Source: Opitutales bacterium
GTDB lineage: Bacteria; Verrucomicrobiota; Verrucomicrobiia; Opitutales; JAVBMG01
Assembly: GCA_031552815.1 (NCBI GenBank)
Contig: JAVBMG010000014.1
Location: forward strand, 77,251 to 141,250
DNA length: 64,000 nucleotides
Reading direction: 5' to 3'
The position numbers and the translations under genes were made by a program. Shown here one piece after another: positions 29,004 through 38,046 of the stretch (position 1 is its first letter; every line of letters starts with the position of its first letter). The notes beneath the pieces were generated by a model. That model saw nothing but the letters and a program-made list of their open reading frames with translations. It made no database searches and was not told the origin of the DNA.

Positions 29004-30572
29004 ATGCATCCTGATTCTTCTTCCGCTGAAAATACAAGCTTACCCTGGCGCCTGTGGCTGGCAGTCTTCCTGTTGATTCCCGTTGCGGATCTCTGCCTTT
29101 ACGAAATCCAATACCCAAGGCTCGGTTTTGCCATCGTAACTGCCTGTATGGCAGCACTGGGATTATTTGTGTCGCGATGCAGGGGCCGTATTATTCCCGG
29201 CATGCTCTTCATGGTACCGACGATCCTGTCAACCGTGATTAATGTGAATGGTATAAATGTCCTTGCCATACTCATCGGATTCACGCTTCTCTTCTGGAAC
29301 AACCGGGCAAACGCACTGTCCTGGAATCTCGTGGGTATCCCCATGGCATTACTGTGCTCTCCGTTCACGGCCATCAGGTTGTTCTTACAAAGTCTTATCA
29401 GCCTCTCAAGCAGCACAAGGAACCCACCGCGCCATCTCGGCCGCTTGTTACGTATCGTAATACCGACCATTGTCGTTTCGGTCCTGTTCTTCCTTTTTCT
29501 TGCCGCCGGCAATGCCGTCCTTTTCCAATGGACAAAGGATATCGCTTCCTGGTTTTCCGGACTCTTGAGTCCTGTTCAGATGCCCGACCCCGAGCGGATG
29601 GCTTTCTGGGTACGCATCGCTGTCTTCGGTGTGGTTTTTCTTATCCCTGCCTGGCTTTGTTACAGGAATCAGATTGCGCAACGCACGCTGAAATCGCCGT
29701 TCGACATCAGCCAAAACAAGCCTTTGCTCAGGCAGCAGTTCATTTTTGTCCTTGCCGGGGTAAATCTGGTTTTCCTGCTCACCAACACGCTTGATGCCGT
29801 TTACCTGTGGATACGGCGAGCACCGCCGGCAGGTATCAACACCACAGCCTATCTCTACGAAGGGTTTTACGCATTGTTATTTACCGTTATGCTTGCCGGC
29901 GTCTTGTTGGCATTCATGTTCAACCACTCCGACGAGGTGAAAAACTCAAGATGGCTCATCCGGCTCGCCGTCTGCTGGACCATCCAAAACATCATTCTCG
30001 TTGCCGGAGTCGCCTTCCGCCTCTGGCTGCATGTCGATAAATTCTGCCTTACCCCGCGACGTCTCCAGGTCGGACTTTTCCTTATACTGGTTCTGGCAAG
30101 CTTAATCCTTCTCATGCTCTACATACTCCGGAAACGTTCGCTGGACTGGTTGCTTTCCTCCAATGTCATCACCTTGTTTTCCTTTGTTTTCTGCGTGCAA
30201 TTCCTGAACATCGGGGACATCTGCGTACAATCGGCCATCAGCAAACTGAAAACAAACCAGCAATTACGCTTCGACGCCGATTTCTTCGACTCCGTCGGCA
30301 TTTCCGGCTGGCAACTGCTCAGATTCATGGCTGAAGACAAGGAACATGCGAACCTGCCAGAATATAAAAACGCCTCCGTCTATTGGCGGGAACTAACGCA
30401 AGACATAAAGGCAAAACCCAGACCTTTTTCCTGGCAAAGCTTTTCCTGGCACTCATACGGGGAATCAAAAGCGCTGTGTTCTTCGCTAGGCATCCCCGAA
30501 ACAGATATAACACGGCAATGGGATTCGACGGTCTCACTGATGCACAGGCACGCAACGGAAACACGCCCATAG
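29004..30572 (+). CDS. Polytopic membrane protein of unknown function (possibly DUF4153/DUF4173-like)
   Basis: 522 aa with more than 10 hydrophobic segments. The family assignment is tentative. Confidence 0.4.
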   Translation: MHPDSSSAENTSLPWRLWLAVFLLIPVADLCLYEIQYPRLGFAIVTACMAALGLFVSRCRGRIIPGMLFMVPTILSTVINVNGINVLAILIGFTLLFWNNRANALSWNLVGIPMALLCSPFTAIRLFLQSLISLSSSTRNPPRHLGRLLRIVIPTIVVSVLFFLFLAAGNAVLFQWTKDIASWFSGLLSPVQMPDPERMAFWVRIAVFGVVFLIPAWLCYRNQIAQRTLKSPFDISQNKPLLRQQFIFVLAGVNLVFLLTNTLDAVYLWIRRAPPAGINTTAYLYEGFYALLFTVMLAGVLLAFMFNHSDEVKNSRWLIRLAVCWTIQNIILVAGVAFRLWLHVDKFCLTPRRLQVGLFLILVLASLILLMLYILRKRSLDWLLSSNVITLFSFVFCVQFLNIGDICVQSAISKLKTNQQLRFDADFFDSVGISGWQLLRFMAEDKEHANLPEYKNASVYWRELTQDIKAKPRPFSWQSFSWHSYGESKALCSSLGIPETDITRQWDSTVSLMHRHATETRP

Positions 30573-30629
30573 CCGCAGATTTTTACTGCTTTCGGAATCC
30601 CGTTTCCTATCCTTTGTGTTTTCCATCTT

Positions 30630-32300
30630 ATGTTGCAGTTGCTCAACATCCAAAATCTGGCTCTTCTTGATGAAGTAAAGCTCGAGTTCAACGAAGGCTT
30701 CACCACCATCACGGGAGAAACAGGCGCAGGCAAAAGCATCCTGCTCGGCGCACTTGCGCTGCTTGCCGGTGACCGGGCGGAAAAAACCGTTATCCGCCAG
30801 GGCGCGCCTTCCTGCCAGGTAAGCGCATCGTTATTCATCAAGGATACGCATACGCTCAATCAGCAACTGGAAGCGCTCGGTCTCCCTCCCTGCGAGGAAA
30901 ACGCACTGTTGCTTTCACGCACGATTTTCCGCGAAAAGAAACTCCCCCAGTTCCGTATCAACGGGGAAATCGCCACGCTCTCCAACCTGCAACAAATCAG
31001 CGAGTACTGGATCGATTTCCACGGTCCGGGCGAACCGCAGAAACTCTTTCATGCCGGCAACCAACTCAGCATGCTCGACCAGTTTGCCAGGCTGGATGAG
31101 AAACTGTCCTCCTACCGTCAGGATTTTGAGGCGTGGAATAAAACCCTGAATACGATCAACGAACTTATCCACGCGGAAAAACTCACGCCCGAGGAAATCG
31201 AATTTTATTCAGTCCAGCTAAAAAGTATCGAAGCGCTCAAACTCAGTGAGGAGTCCATCGAGGAACTGGAACGCGATTTCAAACGCATCGATAACGCCCG
31301 CGAATTTGTCGAATACAGCAGTCAGATCTCGCAATCATTGACGGGTGACGGCAAAAGCGCCGCAGCCATCATGCGTCAGACGCTCCGCGCCGCGCGCGAA
31401 CTGGCAAAGCTGGATAACGATGCGGAAACGCTCGCCCAGCGCATCGAAAGCCTGATCATCGAGAGCGAAGACATTGCCACATGCTACCGTGATCTCGCCG
31501 AAGCCAGCGATTTCGACAGATCCCAAGCCGAGCAGATCCAGAGCCGCATGCATCAATGGATGGAGCTCAAGAGGAAATACGGGAGCTCCGTCCCGCTCAT
31601 CCTGAACAAACGCGACGAGCTCAGAAACAAACTGGAGAAACAGGGCGACGTTGAGGGCAAAGTCGAAACACTGAAAGAAGAAGCGGCAAAGATGGAAGCC
31701 CGTTTGCGGAAACAGGCAACAGCCATCACCGAACAGCGCAATCAATGCGCCCGGGTGCTTTCCAGGGAAGTAGCGGAAAAACTGAGCCAGCTCGGGTTTA
31801 AGAAAGCACAGTTCGTAATAGAAATCAAACCCACCCCTCAGCTCCATGCTACCGGCAATTCCGTCTGCGAATTCCTGTTTTCCGCAAACAGCGGGCAATC
31901 CATGCTGCCTCTAAACAAGATTGCATCCAGCGGGGAAATGGCCCGCGTCATGCTCGCCATCAAGACCGTCCTGGCTGAAGTCGACCAGACGCCTGTCCTC
32001 GTATTTGACGAAGTGGACGCAAATGTCGGCGGAGAAATCGGAGCCGTCGTCGGCAAGTTACTTTCCAACCTCGCCAAAACCCATCAGGTTTTCTGCGTCA
32101 CGCACCTTCCCCAGGTTGCCGCTCTCGGCGATTCCCACTTCCTTGTTCAGAAGGACCAGGAAAGCGACCGTGCTACCGTCAGCATCGAAACCATCCATGA
32201 TGACAGAAGACACCGTATCGCCGAACTCGCCCGCATGCTCGGAGACAGGAAATCAGCCTCCGCACTCAGGCATGCCGAAGAATTGCTCAAGCAATTATAA
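30630..32300 (+). CDS. recN: DNA repair protein RecN
   Basis: ITGETGAGKSIL Walker A, a long coiled coil, and C-terminal FDEVDANVGG. Confidence 0.9.
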   Translation: MLQLLNIQNLALLDEVKLEFNEGFTTITGETGAGKSILLGALALLAGDRAEKTVIRQGAPSCQVSASLFIKDTHTLNQQLEALGLPPCEENALLLSRTIFREKKLPQFRINGEIATLSNLQQISEYWIDFHGPGEPQKLFHAGNQLSMLDQFARLDEKLSSYRQDFEAWNKTLNTINELIHAEKLTPEEIEFYSVQLKSIEALKLSEESIEELERDFKRIDNAREFVEYSSQISQSLTGDGKSAAAIMRQTLRAARELAKLDNDAETLAQRIESLIIESEDIATCYRDLAEASDFDRSQAEQIQSRMHQWMELKRKYGSSVPLILNKRDELRNKLEKQGDVEGKVETLKEEAAKMEARLRKQATAITEQRNQCARVLSREVAEKLSQLGFKKAQFVIEIKPTPQLHATGNSVCEFLFSANSGQSMLPLNKIASSGEMARVMLAIKTVLAEVDQTPVLVFDEVDANVGGEIGAVVGKLLSNLAKTHQVFCVTHLPQVAALGDSHFLVQKDQESDRATVSIETIHDDRRHRIAELARMLGDRKSASALRHAEELLKQL

Positions 32301-32390
32301 CGGCGGATATGAATGATTTGCTGAACGCAAAAACACAGAACGGTCTCTGTGCACTCTGCGACGACAACCAACCATTGAAATCACTTACCG

Positions 32391-32834
32391 TTATTTCCTC
32401 TTGCGCTTGTAATCTTTTGTTTTCAGCAACAAGACCGGCATATCCACCGCATGGCGCACTTTGTCCACGGTGTTTCCCAAAAGAATGTCTTTAACTAATC
32501 CGTGTCCGTGGGTGGACATGGCTATCAAATCAATTTTCCGCGAATTGGCCATCTTGATGATTTCCTTGGAGGGTTCTCCCAAGGCAAGCACATGCTCGAC
32601 GTAGAAACCTTCCTTACGCAGTTTCTCCGCGCATTCCTCCAGGTACTTCCGGTCACGCTTGATCTCCTCGCTTTCCGCCAAATCAAGCTGCTTGTAATTA
32701 CGGGCAGCCCAACCATCCGCCACATGCATCAGTAAAATATGTGAGTTTCCGATGTGTGCCAGCGGCTTTATATGTTCGAGAATCGAATCATCCGCAAGGC
32801 TATGTTCAAGGGGTATCAAAATATGCTTGTACAT
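32391..32834 (-). CDS. Universal stress protein (UspA family)
   Basis: MYKHILIPL...DLIAMSTHGHG...GNTVDKV pattern. Confidence 0.8.
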   Translation of the reverse strand: MYKHILIPLEHSLADDSILEHIKPLAHIGNSHILLMHVADGWAARNYKQLDLAESEEIKRDRKYLEECAEKLRKEGFYVEHVLALGEPSKEIIKMANSRKIDLIAMSTHGHGLVKDILLGNTVDKVRHAVDMPVLLLKTKDYKRKRK

Positions 32835-32846
32835 GATCTTACCGTT

Positions 32847-34199
32847 TTAAGAAGTTAATAAACTATAACCGAAGTCATAGAGCAGTTTCATATTTAATCC
32901 GATAATCAACACCGTCATTGCCCAGCCGACGAACTTGACCCATGCCGTGTTCGCAAATTCGCCCATCTTTGCCTTTTCTCCCGTGAAACGCATCAACGGC
33001 CAAACCGCAAACCCTAACTGCATGCTCAGGATCACCTGGCTGCAAACCAGCAATTCGGTGGTTTTCCCTTCCCCGAAAATCCCGATCACGATTACTGCCG
33101 GAATAATCGCAATCAGACGGGTAATCAAACGCCGCAGCCAGGGACGCATGCGGAAATTAATAAAGCCTTCCATCACGATCTGGCCTGCCAAGGTTCCAGT
33201 CAGTGTCGAATTCTGGCCGGAAGCCAAAAGCGCCAACGCAAATAATACGCTTGCAACACCGACACCCAATACAGGGCTCAGCATCTGGTAGGCATCCTGG
33301 ATTTCGCTGACATCATGATGCCCCGTCTTATAAAACGCGGCGGCGGATACCACCAGAATGGCTGCATTGATGAAGAACGCGAAGAATAACGCGGACGTGG
33401 AATCAATCGTCGCAAATCGGATTGCCTCACGCTTGCCCTCAGGCGTAAGCTCGTACTTGCGTGTCTGCACGATCGACGAATGCAAATACAGGTTATGCGG
33501 CATGACGGTAGCACCAAGGATACCGATACTGATATACAGCATTTTCGGATCGGTAAACAGTTCCGTTGTCGGAACCAGCCCCATCATCACTCCCGTCAGG
33601 CTCGGTTTTGAGAAAAACAGTTCCAGTCCGAAACAGATGCCGATTGTCGCAATCAGCACAATAACCAGTATCTCCACGTAACGGAACCCCTTGTGTTGCA
33701 GGAATAAAATCACCATCACATCCAGGCTGGTGATAATGCATCCCCAGACCAACGGAATGCCGAACAAGAGCTCCAACCCGATCGCCGTCCCGACCACCTC
33801 CGCCAGGTCGCACGCCGCTATCGCCAATTCGCAGATCACCCACAGAAACCATACCATCGGTTTAGGGTAGTGGTCACGACACGCCTGCGCCAAATCACGA
33901 CCTGTCGCAATTCCGAGCTTGATGCATAAATGCTGCAGAAAAATCGCCATCAGGTTCGAAACCAGAATCACGAACAAGAGTTTGTATCCGAAAGCAGAAC
34001 CGGCTGCCAGGTCAGTCGCCCAGTTCCCCGGATCCATGTAACCGACCGCGACCAGAAAACCGGGGCCCGCAAACGCGAACCATTTCTTCAGAAACGACGC
34101 CTTGCTCGGAACAACAATGCTTCTGTGCACTTCAGGCAACGACGGATGCTCCACGTCTTTCCGCCAGGCCCTTTCTCCGCTCTGCTTATCCTCAGACAT
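32847..34199 (-). CDS. mntH: Nramp-family divalent metal (Mn2+/Fe2+) transporter
   Basis: DPGNWATDLAAGS and MPHNLYLHS motifs. Confidence 0.9.
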   Translation of the reverse strand: MSEDKQSGERAWRKDVEHPSLPEVHRSIVVPSKASFLKKWFAFAGPGFLVAVGYMDPGNWATDLAAGSAFGYKLLFVILVSNLMAIFLQHLCIKLGIATGRDLAQACRDHYPKPMVWFLWVICELAIAACDLAEVVGTAIGLELLFGIPLVWGCIITSLDVMVILFLQHKGFRYVEILVIVLIATIGICFGLELFFSKPSLTGVMMGLVPTTELFTDPKMLYISIGILGATVMPHNLYLHSSIVQTRKYELTPEGKREAIRFATIDSTSALFFAFFINAAILVVSAAAFYKTGHHDVSEIQDAYQMLSPVLGVGVASVLFALALLASGQNSTLTGTLAGQIVMEGFINFRMRPWLRRLITRLIAIIPAVIVIGIFGEGKTTELLVCSQVILSMQLGFAVWPLMRFTGEKAKMGEFANTAWVKFVGWAMTVLIIGLNMKLLYDFGYSLLTS

Positions 34200-34348
34200 A
34201 TAAAATACTTTACACCGCCGTCCTGAATTTTGTCCAGACCCGTTTCCTTTTATGCTACCGCCTCAATGCAAAAAGACAAATTGTTCTCCGAAAAAAAGAT
34301 TTTGTCTCCGCTTAAGCCTTCGTGATATAAAAGGGAAAATTGCTTATC

Positions 34349-35326
34349 ATGAATGATTTAAATCAGCAGATCGAAACATACGCCGGGAAAATCAACCAGT
34401 TGCGCGGTAGCATCAAACAAGTGATTATCGGACAGGATTATCTCGTCGACCGCCTGCTCGTCGGATTGCTGGCAAACGGACACGTCCTGCTCGAAGGGGT
34501 ACCCGGACTGGCAAAGACGCTTTCCGTGCGCACGCTTGCCCAAGCCGTCCAAGCAGATTTCAAGCGCATTCAGTTCACGCCGGATCTCTTGCCGGCCGAT
34601 ATTGTCGGAACACTCATTTACAATCCCCGCGAAGGTAACTTTGCCACAAAGAAAGGACCGATATTTGCCAATATCGTGCTCGCCGACGAAATCAACCGTG
34701 CGCCGGCGAAAGTACAGAGTGCGCTTCTCGAAGCCATGCAGGAAAAGCAGGTCACTATCGGCGACACCACTTACAAGCTACCGTCCCCCTTCCTTGTGCT
34801 CGCGACCGAAAACCCGATCGACCAGGAAGGAACCTATCCGTTGCCGGAGGCGCAGGTGGACCGTTTCATGCTGAAACTGAAAGTCGGTTACCCGAGCATC
34901 GAGGAGGAACGCCAGATTCTCGACCGCATGGCAAACAGCAATCCGAACATCGATGTCCAAGGCGTCATCACACCGGAAAACATTCTGGAAATGCGCAGAC
35001 TCACGGACGCCATTTACATCGACGACAAAGTAAAGGATTACATCGTAAAACTGATTTTCGCGACCCGTTATCCTGCCCAGTTCAAATTGGAAATGTCCGC
35101 TTATATCCAGTTCGGCGGTTCACCGCGAGCCACGCTTGCCCTCACACAGGCAGCACGCGCATGGGCATTTTTACAAAAACGCTCCTACGTCACCCCGCAG
35201 GATATAAAGACCATTGCCCACGATGTCTTGCGTCACCGCATCATCCTCAGTTACGAGGCGGAAGCAGAAGGTATTACCGGTGAACAACTCATCGACAAAA
35301 TCCTCGCAACCATTCCGGTACCGTAA
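34349..35326 (+). CDS. MoxR-family AAA+ ATPase
   Basis: LLEGVPGLAKT Walker A, LADEINRAPAK Walker B and FLVLATENPIDQEGTYPLPEAQVDRF. The first ATG is at 34349. Confidence 0.9.
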   Translation: MNDLNQQIETYAGKINQLRGSIKQVIIGQDYLVDRLLVGLLANGHVLLEGVPGLAKTLSVRTLAQAVQADFKRIQFTPDLLPADIVGTLIYNPREGNFATKKGPIFANIVLADEINRAPAKVQSALLEAMQEKQVTIGDTTYKLPSPFLVLATENPIDQEGTYPLPEAQVDRFMLKLKVGYPSIEEERQILDRMANSNPNIDVQGVITPENILEMRRLTDAIYIDDKVKDYIVKLIFATRYPAQFKLEMSAYIQFGGSPRATLALTQAARAWAFLQKRSYVTPQDIKTIAHDVLRHRIILSYEAEAEGITGEQLIDKILATIPVP

Positions 35327-35376
35327 GGAAAATATCAACAGGCTGTAGATAACCGTTTTTAGAAAAGTTAACAGAA

Positions 35377-35577
35377 ATGTCTGCCAACATACAAAGGTGT
35401 GAAGACTTGAAGCTGTATACTCGCTCTTATAAATCAGCGATGGATGTATTCTTTCTTTCAAAGCAATTCCCCAAGGCAGAATCCTATTCGCTCTCAGATC
35501 AGATAATCCGTGCTTCGCGGTCCGTTCCGGCAAATACTGCTGCGCCTGCAGACAGAACTATTTACTCTCCTCTATAG
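35377..35577 (+). pseudogene. Truncated four-helix-bundle protein (23S rRNA intervening-sequence protein family)
   Basis: Only 66 aa, against about 120 for the family. The N-terminal match (FPKAESYSLSDQIIRASRSVPAN) diverges exactly where the conserved IAEG would follow. Confidence 0.5.
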
Positions 35578-35594
35578 ACCGTTTTCGCCTTCCC

Positions 35595-36494
35595 ATGGAC
35601 ACTTCCATTTCAGAGATTCTCAAAAAAGTCCGCCAGGTTGAAATCCGGACAAACCGGCTTTCCGGCGGAGCTTTCGCGGGAGCATACCACAGCGCCTTCA
35701 AGGGACAAGGAATCGACTTTGCGGAGGTACGGGAATACCAGCACGGCGACGACGTACGCGCGATTGACTGGAATGTTACCGCCAAGATGGATCGTCCGTT
35801 TATCAAGGTTTTCCACGAGGAACGCGAACTCACGCTCATGCTGCTGGTGGACATCAGCGCGTCCGGCTGGTTTGGTTCCTCCTCCAAAACCAAGCGCGAA
35901 CTGATTGCCGAGATCAGCAGCGTCCTCGCTTATTCCGCAACCCGTAACAACGACAAAGTGGGATTGCTTTTGTTCACCGATCAGATCGAACATTTTGTTC
36001 CGCCAAAAAAAGGACGCCAGCACATCCTGCGCATCATCCGCGATCTTTTGTTCTTCAAACCCAAAAGCAAAGGAACGGATATCGCGGCCGCTCTCGAATA
36101 CTTCAACCGGATGCAGAAACGACAGGCCATTACCTTTCTTCTTTCCGATTTCATGCTACCGTCCGAACAGGAGAAGCATTTCCAAAAATGGCTTTCCATC
36201 TCCAAAGTGCATCATGACCTGATCTGCATGCATGTGCATGATCCGCGCGAAAGCACTTTGCCCGACATAGGCAACATCACGCTTGAGGACGCCGAGACAG
36301 GCGAACAGATCGCCCTGAACACAAGGAGCCAAAAGGCTCGCCTCGCCTACGCCCGGGAAAATATAAAACGGATGGAAAACCGCCGCCGCCAGTTCCAGAA
36401 ACTGGGGATTGCCACGCTTCAGTTTTCCACCGAAAAACCGTACATAAACATCCTCCGTAAGTTTTTTGAAACACGCACGCGCAAACGGAAATAA
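35595..36494 (+). CDS. DUF58 domain protein (MoxR-associated, VWA-like)
   Basis: GIDFAEVREYQHGDDVRAIDWNVTAK motif. Position directly after moxR. Confidence 0.85.
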   Translation: MDTSISEILKKVRQVEIRTNRLSGGAFAGAYHSAFKGQGIDFAEVREYQHGDDVRAIDWNVTAKMDRPFIKVFHEERELTLMLLVDISASGWFGSSSKTKRELIAEISSVLAYSATRNNDKVGLLLFTDQIEHFVPPKKGRQHILRIIRDLLFFKPKSKGTDIAAALEYFNRMQKRQAITFLLSDFMLPSEQEKHFQKWLSISKVHHDLICMHVHDPRESTLPDIGNITLEDAETGEQIALNTRSQKARLAYARENIKRMENRRRQFQKLGIATLQFSTEKPYINILRKFFETRTRKRK

Positions 36495-36509
36495 AAGCGG
36501 CACTTATTT

Positions 36510-37022
36510 ATGCACGATATCGAAGATAATATTTATTTAAACCCGGAAACACCGCTCTGGGTATGGATTGCGCTTGGACTGGGATGTGTTTTCTTCGTAC
36601 TGCTTGTTTGTTTCATTATCCGGAAACTCCGCGCAAAGAAACCGGCGGTAGCATTGACTCCTTTCGAGACCTCCCTGAACCTTCTCCAGGCAACGGCCCA
36701 ACAGTTGCTTATACAAGCGATGTCCGTTTCCGCGCATGCCATCAGCACGGCGTTACGCAATTATCTTGCCCGTGAAATCGCTCCGGAATCCGAAACCTGC
36801 ACGACTGCGGAATTACAGAAGATTTTTGACCATACCCCGGAACTCGCTTCATTCGCCGAAACCTGGATACCGCTACTCAAACAGTGCGATGCGATCCGCT
36901 TCGGCGGTAGCATGCTTTCCCAACAGGAATTGTCCGCACTGCTCACCCAGGCAGAAAACCTCCTGAGGGCATTGCACGAAAAACGCAGCACAGCCCTCGC
37001 CGAAAAGGAAACAGCAAAATAG
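36510..37022 (+). CDS. Single-pass membrane protein, DUF4381-like (third gene of a Bat-like operon)
   Basis: One TM helix near the N-terminus followed by a helical C-terminal part. The call rests mainly on operon position. Confidence 0.45.
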   Translation: MHDIEDNIYLNPETPLWVWIALGLGCVFFVLLVCFIIRKLRAKKPAVALTPFETSLNLLQATAQQLLIQAMSVSAHAISTALRNYLAREIAPESETCTTAELQKIFDHTPELASFAETWIPLLKQCDAIRFGGSMLSQQELSALLTQAENLLRALHEKRSTALAEKETAK

Positions 37023-37916
37023 TCAGCTTTCCTGTATATCGACGTCACCCCAGATGCTTTCGTCGAAATCCCACAGTTCATCGACGATGCCTGTCACAAA
37101 CGTTTCCACATCCTCATCCCAGGCAAGAAACCGTCCGAAGATAAAGGCGATTCCGTACTCGTGCCAATCCTTGTACTGTTTCTCTGCATGCTCCGATATC
37201 GTTTTCAGGTGTTGCCAGGCCTCGTCCTCATCAATAAAGCCGGCATTGAATCCAAGCCTTGCGACATTTGCCGCGCGTGCATAATTCCACGCAGCAAGTG
37301 TTTCGACATCCGTAAACGTCTTTTCATCAAAATACCCTTCCTCATACTCCTCCTCGATTATTTCCATGATCGATGCACGCACGGCATAAAAGGATTTGTA
37401 CGTATCCTTTTTTTCCTCATCCGAAGCCAATTCCGGATAAGCATGCGCAAAAGCCTCATACGTTTTATGGAGCTTGAGGACATTGTACACGGCATCAATG
37501 CGACCTGTATCCTCATTCAGAAAGCGGGTGATTTTTTTGCGGACAGCATCTGCGTCGTGGCATCCCCATAGCTTCTTCAAGCTGCCGCGGTGAAACCCTT
37601 TCTGGTAAATGCTTTCCAGTGAACGCGTTGCGTCATGCTGGCTGTTTGTCAGGATAGCACCGAAGGCAAGCCAGCGCAATCGTTCCTCATCCAGGTCGGC
37701 CGCCTCGTCAAAATTCCTTATCAGTTTCTCGTTTTTTTTCCAATCCGTCTCGGATTCCTCCCATTCCGACCAATCTTCGTTTTCGTCATCCTGATTGTCG
37801 TCCTCATCCGTTCCCAACGCCTTGTCGATTCTTTTCCTCACAAAGCTCCCGATAAGATTCCTCAAGAAATTTCTCATGGGAAAATCATCATTTCCTCCGA
37901 AAGATAAGGCAATCAA
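37023..37916 (-). CDS. DUF1266 domain protein with an acidic N-terminal region
   Basis: AAWNYARAANVARLGFNAGFIDEDEAWQHL matches the DUF1266 signature. An alternative ATG lies at 37877. Its stop abuts the stop of the convergent gene with no spacer. Confidence 0.6.
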   Translation of the reverse strand: MIALSFGGNDDFPMRNFLRNLIGSFVRKRIDKALGTDEDDNQDDENEDWSEWEESETDWKKNEKLIRNFDEAADLDEERLRWLAFGAILTNSQHDATRSLESIYQKGFHRGSLKKLWGCHDADAVRKKITRFLNEDTGRIDAVYNVLKLHKTYEAFAHAYPELASDEEKKDTYKSFYAVRASIMEIIEEEYEEGYFDEKTFTDVETLAAWNYARAANVARLGFNAGFIDEDEAWQHLKTISEHAEKQYKDWHEYGIAFIFGRFLAWDEDVETFVTGIVDELWDFDESIWGDVDIQES

Positions 37917-38046
37917 ATAGAATGCAGCAAAAACAGGGATTCATAGTCTAAGCCATCACATCAAAACTTGCCTCCGGCACAAAAATTTGCGTGAATCCGA
38001 AGCTTCCGCTTGATAATAAAAAGCACTATTCACGATTGATACATCC

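Noticed and set aside
34200-34348. yybP-ykoY manganese riboswitch in the mntH leader.
   Set aside because: The conserved GGGGAGUAG and UUGACAUA...GACC elements are absent on the minus strand.
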